From Lutibacter sp. (GTDB lineage Bacteria > Bacteroidota > Bacteroidia > Flavobacteriales > Flavobacteriaceae), in the NCBI GenBank assembly GCA_027449025.1, contig DAIDMK010000014.1, forward strand, positions 27 to 64,026: a DNA stretch of 64,000 nucleotides, read 5' to 3'. How positions within the stretch are numbered: the first letter of the stretch is position 1; each line of letters starts with the position of its first letter. Of this stretch, positions 39,033 to 47,585 are shown in pieces. The position numbers were made by a program, and so were the translations under genes. The notes under the pieces were generated by a model. The model made no database searches. It was not told the origin of the DNA and saw nothing but the letters and a program-made list of their open reading frames with translations.

Positions 39033-39608
39033 ATGAGGTTATTTTTTATTACTTTAGAAAAGTACGCAACTGGAAAAATCATTGCATCCGGACTCATTTT
39101 AGTTCTGTTTTTCAACTTGATATTATTTCCGTTTTTTTTTAACTTTTTCAACATTCAACATTTTTCTATTAAAAATATTCTCGATTTAAAATATTCTTAC
39201 ACCATAAATGAAGCCTATGAACTATTTAATAAAATGGGAGAAAATGGAAGAAATATTTATCGTTTGGCGGAAATATTTATTGACATTCCCTATCTCCTTA
39301 TTTATAGTATTGTTTATTCTTTAATGATAATAGCTTTACTTAAAAACAACAAGTTGACCAATTTATATTTTTTGAGTTTCGCACCACTCTTAATCGGTTT
39401 TTTTGATATTTTAGAAAATTTAGGCATTGTTGTAATGCTCACTAAATATCCGATAAAATTGGATAATGTTTGCAATTTAACTGCTATTTTTACTTCTTTA
39501 AAATGGAATTTTGCGGTGGCTACTTTTTTAATCATTCTATTAAGTGGACTCTATTTAATTTTTACAAAAACTGTAGAACGTTTAAAAAAATCTAAAAAAA
39601 TCAATTAG
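39033..39608 (+). CDS. Hypothetical membrane protein
   Basis: 191 aa with 5-6 hydrophobic segments, abutting its neighbours with no gap (the upstream TAA stop shares an A with its ATG; its own stop abuts the next start). Confidence 0.55.
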   Translation: MRLFFITLEKYATGKIIASGLILVLFFNLILFPFFFNFFNIQHFSIKNILDLKYSYTINEAYELFNKMGENGRNIYRLAEIFIDIPYLLIYSIVYSLMIIALLKNNKLTNLYFLSFAPLLIGFFDILENLGIVVMLTKYPIKLDNVCNLTAIFTSLKWNFAVATFLIILLSGLYLIFTKTVERLKKSKKIN

Positions 39609-40612
39609 TGAAAATAGCCATCGTCATCTTAAACTGGAACGGAAAACAATTGCTGGAAAAATTTCTTCCTTCCATCGTAAAATACAGCAACTTCAACAAT
39701 GTGGAAATTTATGTGGCAGACAATGCTTCTACCGATGATTCTGTTGCTTTTGTGAAACAAACCTATCCTAAGGTTAAAATCATTCAAAATCATATAAACG
39801 GCGGATTTGCAAAAGGATATAACGATGCTTTACAGCACATTGATGCAGATATTTATGCCTTGGTAAATTCGGATATTGAAGTGACAGACGGATGGCTGAA
39901 TCCCATAATTTCCACTTTTGAAAAGGAACCAAATACAGCCATTATCCAACCAAAAATACTGGACTATAAAAATAAAATCAAGTTCGAATATGCTGGTGCA
40001 GCTGGTGGTTTTATTGACAAATACGGATATCCTTTTTGCCGTGGACGTGTTTTTTCAACCGTAGAAACAGATTCAAATCAGTATAACGACGAAACTGAAA
40101 TTTTTTGGGCATCGGGCGCTTGTTTTTTTATTCGTACAGCAGTTTACCACGAACTCAATGGTTTTGACGAAGATTATTTTGCGCATCAGGAAGAAATTGA
40201 TTTGTGTTGGCGGGCAAAAAATTTGTCAAAAACTATAAAGTATATAGGCTCTTCAACTGTTTTTCACGTTGGCGGCGCTACCTTAAAGGAAGCCAATCCA
40301 ACAAAAACATTTTTAAATTTTAGAAACAGTTTGTTTAGTTTGTTGAAAAACTTGCCAGAAAATAAATTATTTTTAATCATTTTAGCAAGACTGGTGCTGG
40401 ATGGTTTTGCTGGAGTAAAATTTTTAATGGAATTAAAGCCATCGCATTGTTTGGCAATTATTAAGGCACATTTCAGTTTTTATAAGTATTTACCAAAAAT
40501 GCTTAAAAAGAGAAAAAAATATGCTAAAACATCAAAGTATTATAAAATAAATAGCATTGTTTGGCAGTATTTTATTTTAGGCAAAAAGAAATATGAAGCG
40601 CTTTTAAAATAA
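39608..40612 (+). CDS. Family 2 glycosyltransferase
   Basis: IAIVILNWNG...DNASTDDS...NSD(I) pattern. GTG start. Confidence 0.9.
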   Translation: MKIAIVILNWNGKQLLEKFLPSIVKYSNFNNVEIYVADNASTDDSVAFVKQTYPKVKIIQNHINGGFAKGYNDALQHIDADIYALVNSDIEVTDGWLNPIISTFEKEPNTAIIQPKILDYKNKIKFEYAGAAGGFIDKYGYPFCRGRVFSTVETDSNQYNDETEIFWASGACFFIRTAVYHELNGFDEDYFAHQEEIDLCWRAKNLSKTIKYIGSSTVFHVGGATLKEANPTKTFLNFRNSLFSLLKNLPENKLFLIILARLVLDGFAGVKFLMELKPSHCLAIIKAHFSFYKYLPKMLKKRKKYAKTSKYYKINSIVWQYFILGKKKYEALLK

Positions 40613-41227
40613 TTCTTCTACACTTCCCAAGCCTTCACGTAATATAGTAATTTCACCTTCAGATAAATCAACAATAGTTGACGGAATATTGCTTCCATAT
40701 CCACCATCAATCACAATATCCACCTTATTTCCCCACTTTTCAAATATCAATTCAGGATCGGTGGTATATTCCAACAAATCATCTTCATCATAAATAGAAG
40801 TGGAAACTATGGGATTTCCCAATACTTTTACCAATTCCCTGATAATATTATTGTCGGGAATACGAATACCGACGGTTTTTTTATTTTTAAATGCTTTTGG
40901 CAATTTGGTGCTCGACGGTAATATAAAGGTATAGGGTCCAGGTAAGGCCTTTTTAAGAATTTTATAGGCTGGTGTGTCAATTTGTTTTACATAATCTGAC
41001 AAATTGCTTAAATCGTAACAAATAAACGAAAAGTTTGCTTTGTCCAATTTTAATCCCTTGAGCTGCGCCACTTTTTCCATGGCTTTTGTGTTGGTAATGT
41101 CGCAGCCTAATCCGTAAACGGTATCCGTAGGATAAATAATCAATCCACCTTTTTGCAACACCTTGACAACTTTGTCAATTTCACGTTCGTTTGGATTCTC
41201 ATTATAAATTTTAATTAACTCTCCCAT
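40604..41227 (-). CDS. tsaC: L-threonylcarbamoyladenylate synthase (TsaC/YrdC family)
   Basis: YPTDTVYGLGCD motif; 207 aa. Confidence 0.9.
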   Translation of the reverse strand: MGELIKIYNENPNEREIDKVVKVLQKGGLIIYPTDTVYGLGCDITNTKAMEKVAQLKGLKLDKANFSFICYDLSNLSDYVKQIDTPAYKILKKALPGPYTFILPSSTKLPKAFKNKKTVGIRIPDNNIIRELVKVLGNPIVSTSIYDEDDLLEYTTDPELIFEKWGNKVDIVIDGGYGSNIPSTIVDLSEGEITILREGLGSVEELF

Positions 41228-41259
41228 AAATTTAATTAAATCGGAAAAAAGGTTTTATT

Positions 41260-41958
41260 TTAAGACTTCTCCACCAACCTAAATCCTTCGCCGTGAATAT
41301 TTAAAATTTCCACATTTGGATCGAGTTTTAAATATTTTCGAAGTTTTGCGATATACACATCCATGCTTCTTGAAGTGAAATAATTATCATCTCTCCAAAT
41401 TTTAGTCAAAGCCAACTCTCGTGGCATCAAATCATTTTTATGCATAGTAAGCAATTTCAACAATTTGCTTTCTTTTGGAGAAAGTTTTTGAATTTCACCG
41501 CCATCATAAGATAAATGTCTCAGTTTTGAATTGAACTCGAATTTCCCTATTTTATATTCAAAAATATCTTCCTCAATGGTTTGTTCCGTTTCGTTGCGCT
41601 GTAAAATGGCTTTAATTTTATACAACAGAACTTCTGAATCAAAAGGTTTGTTTAAATAATCATCGCCTCCAGATTGGTATCCTTTCAGTACATCCTCTTT
41701 CATGGTTCTAGCCGTTAAAAATATAATCGGCACTTCAGAATTTGTTGCCCTGATGTCTTTTGCCAATGAAAAACCGTCTTTCCGTGGCATCATTACATCC
41801 AAAATACACAAATCAAAATCGTCATTTTTAAACATAATCAACCCTTCCAAACCATCTTTGGCCAAGGTCACTTTATAATCGTTCAATGACAGATAATCTT
41901 TCAAAACAGTCCCAAAATTGGGATCGTCTTCCACCAATAAAATTCTATTATTTTCCAT
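41260..41958 (-). CDS. OmpR/PhoB-type response regulator
   Basis: REC domain (ILLVEDD...ILDVMMP) and a winged-helix Trans_reg_C domain (VYIAKLRKYL...GEGFRL). Confidence 0.9.
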   Translation of the reverse strand: MENNRILLVEDDPNFGTVLKDYLSLNDYKVTLAKDGLEGLIMFKNDDFDLCILDVMMPRKDGFSLAKDIRATNSEVPIIFLTARTMKEDVLKGYQSGGDDYLNKPFDSEVLLYKIKAILQRNETEQTIEEDIFEYKIGKFEFNSKLRHLSYDGGEIQKLSPKESKLLKLLTMHKNDLMPRELALTKIWRDDNYFTSRSMDVYIAKLRKYLKLDPNVEILNIHGEGFRLVEKS

Positions 41959-41967
41959 ATTCTTATT

Positions 41968-43539
41968 TTAAATTAAAGGCAGTTTAATGGTAAAAGTGCT
42001 CCCAATACCTTTCTCACTTTCCACATAAACTTCACCTTGATGAATTTCAACAATTTTTTTCACGTATGCAAGCCCTAAACCATGACCTTTTACATTGTGT
42101 ATATTTCCTGTTTCTTCTCTGTAAAACTTCTTAAAAACATTTTTTTGAACGTGTTTTGCCATTCCAATACCTTGATCTTTTACTTTTATAATGATATGTT
42201 TGCCCATATTCTCTGTTGAAATATCAATTTTTGGTACACCTTCAGAGTATTTTATGGCATTGTCCAACATATTTACAATCACATTGGTAAAATGAAAATG
42301 ATCGGCTAAAATTTCTGTCAATTCCGCATTCAGTTTCATTTTAATATAACCGCCTTTATCTTTGACCAGCAAATCAACGTGCGTTACAGCAACATTTATT
42401 ATTTCGTGAACATCTACTTTTTCTTTACTAACATCCAATTGATTTTTTTCAAGTTTGGAAATTCGCAATACATTTTCAACCTGAGCATTCATCCGTTTAT
42501 TTTCCTCACGAATCATATTTATATAGCGCATCACTTTTTCCTGGTCACTAATCACTTTCGGATTTTTAATGGCATCCAACGCTAAATTTATGGTCGCAAT
42601 GGGTGTCTTAAATTCGTGCGTCATATTGTTGATGAAATCCGTTTTAATTTCTGAAACTTGTTTTTGCTTTACCAACTGATACAAGGCACTCACAAATGCC
42701 AAGATAATAATCAGCACAAAAAAAACGGACAATATCAATATTTTAGAAATTGAACTCAAAATGTAATATTTCTTTTGGGGAAAAGTCACATACAATTGAT
42801 AATCGCTGTTTCCTTCAGCATCTGCAAACATAGGAACCATATAACTTTTGCCGACTTCCTTTCTGAAATAACCCGATTTTACCTGCGTTGCCAATCCATT
42901 GCTGTATATCCCATATTTAAAATTGGTACTAATTCCCTTTGAGTTTAGCTCATTTGCCAGCCTGAAAGTAATTTCCCTGTTGCTTACCCTTCTATGAACC
43001 GGAAGTTTGCTTGTATAAATATCAAATTGTGATTCCAAATACGATTTTTCTGCAGCTTTAAAACGTCCTACCTTTACATAACGTTCTTCGGGAGGTTTCA
43101 TACCACCGGCAGTTTTATCCAAAACTTGATCTTTTAAAATCACAATTTCTTCTTTACTGTATATTTCTTTAAAATTTACGCTGTCATTTTCAAAGAACTC
43201 TGTAGGCACTTTATAATTCGACTCAATGATACTTTGAGAATAAGTGAATTTTTCATTGTTGGTTGTATCTATCTTTTCAAAAATAAATTTACTAACATCA
43301 GACACTTTTAATTTTTCACCTTCTGTATAAAGCTCTTCTATTTTAAAATAAAAATCATTAAACTCTCGCTGTTTAATGTCATCTGAAACTTTTGTCAAAG
43401 CAAACTTAACATTTGCCGAAAATTGCTCTTCAGTTATTTGTACCGTATTTTTTATCCAAAATACCTGTACAGAGATGATGCCTATTAAAGCAACACTCAT
43501 TAAAATAACGATGAGCGCAAATATCCTTTTCCTCATCAT
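41968..43539 (-). CDS. Sensor histidine kinase (HisKA + HATPase_c)
   Basis: H-box NMTHEFKTP, N-box NAIKYS, G-boxes DQGIG and GHGLGLA, and two TM segments flanking a periplasmic domain. Confidence 0.9.
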   Translation of the reverse strand: MMRKRIFALIVILMSVALIGIISVQVFWIKNTVQITEEQFSANVKFALTKVSDDIKQREFNDFYFKIEELYTEGEKLKVSDVSKFIFEKIDTTNNEKFTYSQSIIESNYKVPTEFFENDSVNFKEIYSKEEIVILKDQVLDKTAGGMKPPEERYVKVGRFKAAEKSYLESQFDIYTSKLPVHRRVSNREITFRLANELNSKGISTNFKYGIYSNGLATQVKSGYFRKEVGKSYMVPMFADAEGNSDYQLYVTFPQKKYYILSSISKILILSVFFVLIIILAFVSALYQLVKQKQVSEIKTDFINNMTHEFKTPIATINLALDAIKNPKVISDQEKVMRYINMIREENKRMNAQVENVLRISKLEKNQLDVSKEKVDVHEIINVAVTHVDLLVKDKGGYIKMKLNAELTEILADHFHFTNVIVNMLDNAIKYSEGVPKIDISTENMGKHIIIKVKDQGIGMAKHVQKNVFKKFYREETGNIHNVKGHGLGLAYVKKIVEIHQGEVYVESEKGIGSTFTIKLPLI

Positions 43540-43628
43540 CCAAATTTACAAGTTTAACAATATATTCATTGTTATTTAACGTAGATTAACATAGTTATTA
43601 TTCCTTTAACAATATATTAAGAAAATTT

Positions 43629-44219
43629 TTAAGTTTCTTTTAATTTCTTTAGTATTTCAAAAATTGTTAAAACTTGATGTTTTGTGCCATCTAAATGATT
43701 ATTCCTAATCACAAAATCCGACTTTTTGATTTTATAATCATCGTTCGACTGGTTATTCATCCGTTCCAAAACTTGTGCTTCAGACACTCCGTCGCGCTTC
43801 ATAATTCTCTCAATTTTATAATCAAAATCTGCGATGACCGTTACAATATAATCACATAATTGATCACTGCCGCTTTCAAACAAAATAGCCGCTTCATAAA
43901 ACACGAAATCAGCTTTTTGGGCTTTTATAAAATGTTGAAAATCCTCACGGACTTTGGGATGTACCAAGGCGTTTAAAGCATTTAGTTTCTCAGTATTATT
44001 AAAAACAATCGATGAAATATAGCTTCTGTTCAATTCCCCATTTTCATAAGCCTGCTCCCCAAATAATTTTTGAATCTGATTCCTTAATTCTTCATCAGTA
44101 TTCATTAATTTCTTTGCTTCAATATCTGCCACATAGGTCAAAGCGCCCAATGCTTTAAAAAGAGCTAAAATAGTGCTTTTTCCACTGCCAATTCCACCTG
44201 TTAACCCAATTATCTTCAT
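43629..44219 (-). CDS. coaE: Dephospho-CoA kinase
   Basis: P-loop GLTGGIGSGKST; 196 aa. Confidence 0.95.
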   Translation of the reverse strand: MKIIGLTGGIGSGKSTILALFKALGALTYVADIEAKKLMNTDEELRNQIQKLFGEQAYENGELNRSYISSIVFNNTEKLNALNALVHPKVREDFQHFIKAQKADFVFYEAAILFESGSDQLCDYIVTVIADFDYKIERIMKRDGVSEAQVLERMNNQSNDDYKIKKSDFVIRNNHLDGTKHQVLTIFEILKKLKET

Positions 44220-45184
44220 TTCTCTATTAAAAATTCCAGTTGTGGCGGATTTATTTTCAAGGCATAAATAAAATCACTTTGCTGAACGATGATGGGCGTT
44301 AAATAACTGATTAACGTGTCGTTTTCATATTGTTTATAATCAAACACTACCGAAACATCATTTTGGGTAATTTTACTGAAATTTGAAAGTCCAGCCTGAT
44401 AAATCACCTCAATTTCTTTTGGAAAAGTAGTTACCGTAACGCCAAATGGCGCATTGATAATGGTTACAGGAATCTTGAAAGTGCCTTCTGTAAATTTATC
44501 TACTTTCCCGTTTACCTTAACTTTTACATCCGACATTTTTATTTGACCAGATTTATAAGGCGATTTTAAGAGCATTTCTAGGGAAATATCTTTAAAAACA
44601 TCAGTTAATTTTAGCGGACTTGTGCTTATTCCTGTGATGGAATCAATGAGTTTTTTTGAACCTGAAATAATAATCGAGTCTGGTTTTAATTTTATTTTCT
44701 CAACCAAATTATAGCCTACTTTATATTGGATATCAAGGTTTGGAATTACTGGAACTTTTTTAGAAATTGAATTGCCAATTTCAACAAAAATAGTGTCCCG
44801 CAGCACACTTATAATTTCTATTTCATTTGATAATTGGGCATTTAAATCCGTAATTTGTTTGTTTGGCAATATATAATAGGCATTTTTGTCTCTTGAAATG
44901 CTTTTTAGGTTCAGTATTATTTTATACGTTTTCAATTTATATTTCAACAACATAAATCCTGGCGCCTTTATTAGCAATTCCACTTCAGAAATTGGCTTTT
45001 TCTGAACCATTTTATCTTTTGGCAAATTTGCATATTCCACATTAAAAACAACCGGAGCGATAAAACTTTTAGACAATTCCATCAACATCCAAATAATGGA
45101 TGACAAAACCAAGAAAAATAAAAATACTTTTATTTTTCTATTCTTTTTTAGTGATTTAATGGCAGTTGCTGTAGTTGTTTTCAT
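44216..45184 (-). CDS. YbbR-like domain-containing protein
   Basis: N-terminal TM followed by repeated YbbR-like beta modules. Overlaps coaE by 4 nt. Confidence 0.7.
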   Translation of the reverse strand: MKTTTATAIKSLKKNRKIKVFLFFLVLSSIIWMLMELSKSFIAPVVFNVEYANLPKDKMVQKKPISEVELLIKAPGFMLLKYKLKTYKIILNLKSISRDKNAYYILPNKQITDLNAQLSNEIEIISVLRDTIFVEIGNSISKKVPVIPNLDIQYKVGYNLVEKIKLKPDSIIISGSKKLIDSITGISTSPLKLTDVFKDISLEMLLKSPYKSGQIKMSDVKVKVNGKVDKFTEGTFKIPVTIINAPFGVTVTTFPKEIEVIYQAGLSNFSKITQNDVSVVFDYKQYENDTLISYLTPIIVQQSDFIYALKINPPQLEFLIEK

Positions 45185-45359
45185 CTGTTTAAATTTTATT
45201 TTTCAGCGGGAACAGATGCTGTTCGCCATTAATCATTCTGATGTGTATCAAAATTTGTTATAGCTCGTTTCATCTGTTTAAATTTTATTTTTCAGCGGGA
45301 ACAGATGCTGTTCGCCATTAATCATTCTGCTGTGTATCAAAATTTGTTATGGCTCGTTT
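45182..45359. repeat. Two tandem copies of an 89-bp unit (2 mismatches) including the ybbR-like start codon
   Basis: Copies at 45182-45270 and 45271-45359. They differ only at 45241/45330 (A/C) and 45262/45351 (A/G). Each carries GAACAG-ATG-CTGTTC. Confidence 0.9.
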
Positions 45360-45390
45360 TATTTAAATGAATTTAACTAATAAATATACA

Positions 45391-45420
45391 AAAAAAGTGA
45401 GCTAAAAAGCTCACTTTTTC
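45391..45420 (-). terminator. Rho-independent terminator after yajC
   Basis: AGTGAGC-6 nt-GCTCACT flanked by A/T runs. On the minus strand the stem is followed by T7. Confidence 0.75.
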
Positions 45421-45435
45421 AATAAGTATTCTTTT

Positions 45436-45759
45436 TTATTTTGCTCCTTCTGGAACTTGGTATTTTTTACTCAATTCCATAGAAATGGCTGAGCGTTCAA
45501 ATTTAATTTTTCCTGCGCCAGTTTCAACAATTACAGTATTATCGCTGTCAACAATATCAACAATTTTTCCGTGAATACCGCTGCTGGTCACTATTTTATT
45601 CCCTTTTGCAATGGAAGTTTGAAACTTCTTTTCGTTTTTCTGACGTTTTATTTGTGGTCTTATCATAAAAAGATAAATCACCACAAACATAAGTAAGAAA
45701 GGAAGCATACTCATTAATGAATCTCCTCCAAAAGCTTGTAATGCAATACTTGTGTACAT
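45436..45759 (-). CDS. yajC: Preprotein translocase subunit YajC
   Basis: 107 aa with a single TM and the pattern MIRPQ.KRQK....GD.V.T.GG..G. Confidence 0.9.
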   Translation of the reverse strand: MYTSIALQAFGGDSLMSMLPFLLMFVVIYLFMIRPQIKRQKNEKKFQTSIAKGNKIVTSSGIHGKIVDIVDSDNTVIVETGAGKIKFERSAISMELSKKYQVPEGAK

Positions 45760-45783
45760 ATTTTATATTTTTTTATTTATTGA

Positions 45784-46236
45784 TTAATTTTTTGCCGTTA
45801 CAGTACCTCCAATGCGCAACATTTCAGTCACATTTTCTGTATTTGTTTGCAAAGTTATTGTTTTACTTTGTTTTCCTGTTCTTCCTCTTGAATTAAAAGA
45901 AAACTTTAATTCTGCGGTTTCTCCAGGTTTAATGGCATCTTTAGGCCATTCGGGCACTGTACAACCGCAAGATGCTGAGGCATCTGTAATAATTAAATCT
46001 GTTTTTCCTTTGTTGCTTATTTTAAATACACCCTCAACTACATCTCCTTCAATCACAGTTCCAAAATCGTAGTCTTTTGTGTCAAACTCAATAATGGCAG
46101 TACCTAAACTAATTTTCGCATCTCTTTCTTTTGCAGTTTCTAAATTTACTGAATCTATTTTTGCAGATGCGTTGTCTTTGCATGAAACAAATGCCAAACT
46201 CAATAAGGCAATAAATACAATACTATATTTTCTCAT
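45784..46236 (-). CDS. DUF1573 domain-containing lipoprotein
   Basis: Lipobox FVSC and the characteristic SCGCT motif. Confidence 0.85.
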   Translation of the reverse strand: MRKYSIVFIALLSLAFVSCKDNASAKIDSVNLETAKERDAKISLGTAIIEFDTKDYDFGTVIEGDVVEGVFKISNKGKTDLIITDASASCGCTVPEWPKDAIKPGETAELKFSFNSRGRTGKQSKTITLQTNTENVTEMLRIGGTVTAKN

Positions 46237-46268
46237 AATCCTTTGTTTTATTTTGTAAAAATATAAAA

Positions 46269-47207
46269 TTACAACAATCCCCGTCCTATTTTATTTAATC
46301 TTTTTGAGGCTGTAAAATCTTTTAAAATTTTATCGATAACGCCGTTTATAAAAAAACTGCTTTTTTCTGAAGAATAATCTTTTGCAATTTCAATATATTC
46401 GTTAATGGTAACACTTGTAGGAATTGACGGGAATTTTAAAAACTCTGTTATCGCCATTTTTATCAATATCATATCAATTTCCGCGATACGGTCCGTGTCC
46501 CAATTGGGCGTTTTATTTTCAATTTCCTTTTCAAATTCAGTGTGATTCAGCACCGCTTTTCTAAATAAATCCACCACAAATTTCTTGTCGTCATCATCTT
46601 TATAGATATTTCCCAACAAAAATGGCTGTTTTGGCTTTAGCTGATTCAATGATTTAACAATCCAAGTATTTACAAAAGGAATATCATCCACCCAACTAAT
46701 GTTTTTGTCTTCAAAGTAATCGGCCAATTTTTCGTTTGGCGCCACCACATTTTTAAAGAGCGCCACAACAAACTCACGGTCTTCTTCAAAAGTAAGTTTC
46801 TCCGATTTCAAATAAGCGGCATAAATACTACTTTCCTTAATCAGCTTCAAAATTTCATGGACATATTCATTGTCCAAACGCCAATAATTAAGCTTATTGT
46901 CATCCAAATAGGCATTTAAAGAAACACTTTCTTCCAATAACCTGAAAATTTGGTTGTTTATAAATTTACAATTCGGATTTAAATCTTGCGTAGTTGCCAA
47001 ATATTTTTTGCCAGAAATTTCAATATGCTTTTTTTCTAAATTCTTAACCTCAACAAGCAAACGAAGTATCAGCACATATAAATCGTGCATTTTTTCAATA
47101 CTGGCGTATAAAAAATCCTCTTCTTTTTTAAGGTTGTCACTTTTAGACTGAAGCAACGCATAAACCGATTGCATTACTTTTATTCTAATATGTCTTCTAT
47201 TTATCAT
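46269..47207 (-). CDS. nusB: Transcription antitermination factor NusB (long Bacteroidota form)
   Basis: N-terminus RRHIRIKVMQSVYA and a C-terminal NusB core (FINGVIDKI). Confidence 0.85.
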   Translation of the reverse strand: MINRRHIRIKVMQSVYALLQSKSDNLKKEEDFLYASIEKMHDLYVLILRLLVEVKNLEKKHIEISGKKYLATTQDLNPNCKFINNQIFRLLEESVSLNAYLDDNKLNYWRLDNEYVHEILKLIKESSIYAAYLKSEKLTFEEDREFVVALFKNVVAPNEKLADYFEDKNISWVDDIPFVNTWIVKSLNQLKPKQPFLLGNIYKDDDDKKFVVDLFRKAVLNHTEFEKEIENKTPNWDTDRIAEIDMILIKMAITEFLKFPSIPTSVTINEYIEIAKDYSSEKSSFFINGVIDKILKDFTASKRLNKIGRGLL

Positions 47208-47327
47208 TTAAAGAACTTTTGAAATTTTTAGTGGTACAAAGGGCAAAAATACTAATAATTTTCAGAAATAAAATTTTGTTTTTGTTTATTTACATAAAGT
47301 TTTCAAATTCTAAAAACACAATTTTGA

Positions 47328-47432
47328 GCCTGCCCGTCTTTTTGGTGGGCGTACCCTTTCAGGTCGCGCTATTCGCTAAATCTTTTTTTCCATTTCATTT
47401 CAAAAAAGGATACCGCTGCTATCGCTTACGCA
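47328..47432. repeat. GC-rich imperfect palindromic island in an AT-rich spacer
   Basis: GCGCTATTCGCTAAATC-T7...A6-GGATACCGCTGCTATCGC: about 15 of 24 positions of the two arms are complementary around a 12-nt centre. Local GC is clearly above its surroundings. Confidence 0.4.
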
Positions 47433-47554
47433 AATTGGATTACGATATACCAATTCAGCTCTACGATTTTTGAAATTTCACCACCATAGGCGCTAAAATA
47501 AGGTGAAATTCTGTCAACGTTTTTCGTACGCCAACAAATCGAACAAGATTTCGT

Positions 47555-47562
47555 TATCTTTG
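47555..47562 (+). promoter_or_regulatory. Candidate -7 box TATCTTTG for the ABC-F gene
   Basis: Matches TAnnTTTG and lies 24 nt upstream of the ATG at 47586. Confidence 0.35.
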
Positions 47563-47585
47563 CGCAAAATTTTCAAAAAAAAACA

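Noticed and set aside
47328-47432. tRNA or other canonical small RNA gene in the GC-rich island
   Set aside because: No cloverleaf arms, no GTTCGAATC-like T-loop and no CCA context could be drawn by eye. I found no tRNA-like sequence in any other spacer either.
47219-47473. 84-aa plus-strand ORF across the nusB/ABC-F spacer
   Set aside because: It has no credible start context, and it translates the GC-rich palindromic island and flanking low-complexity DNA. I treat it as non-coding.
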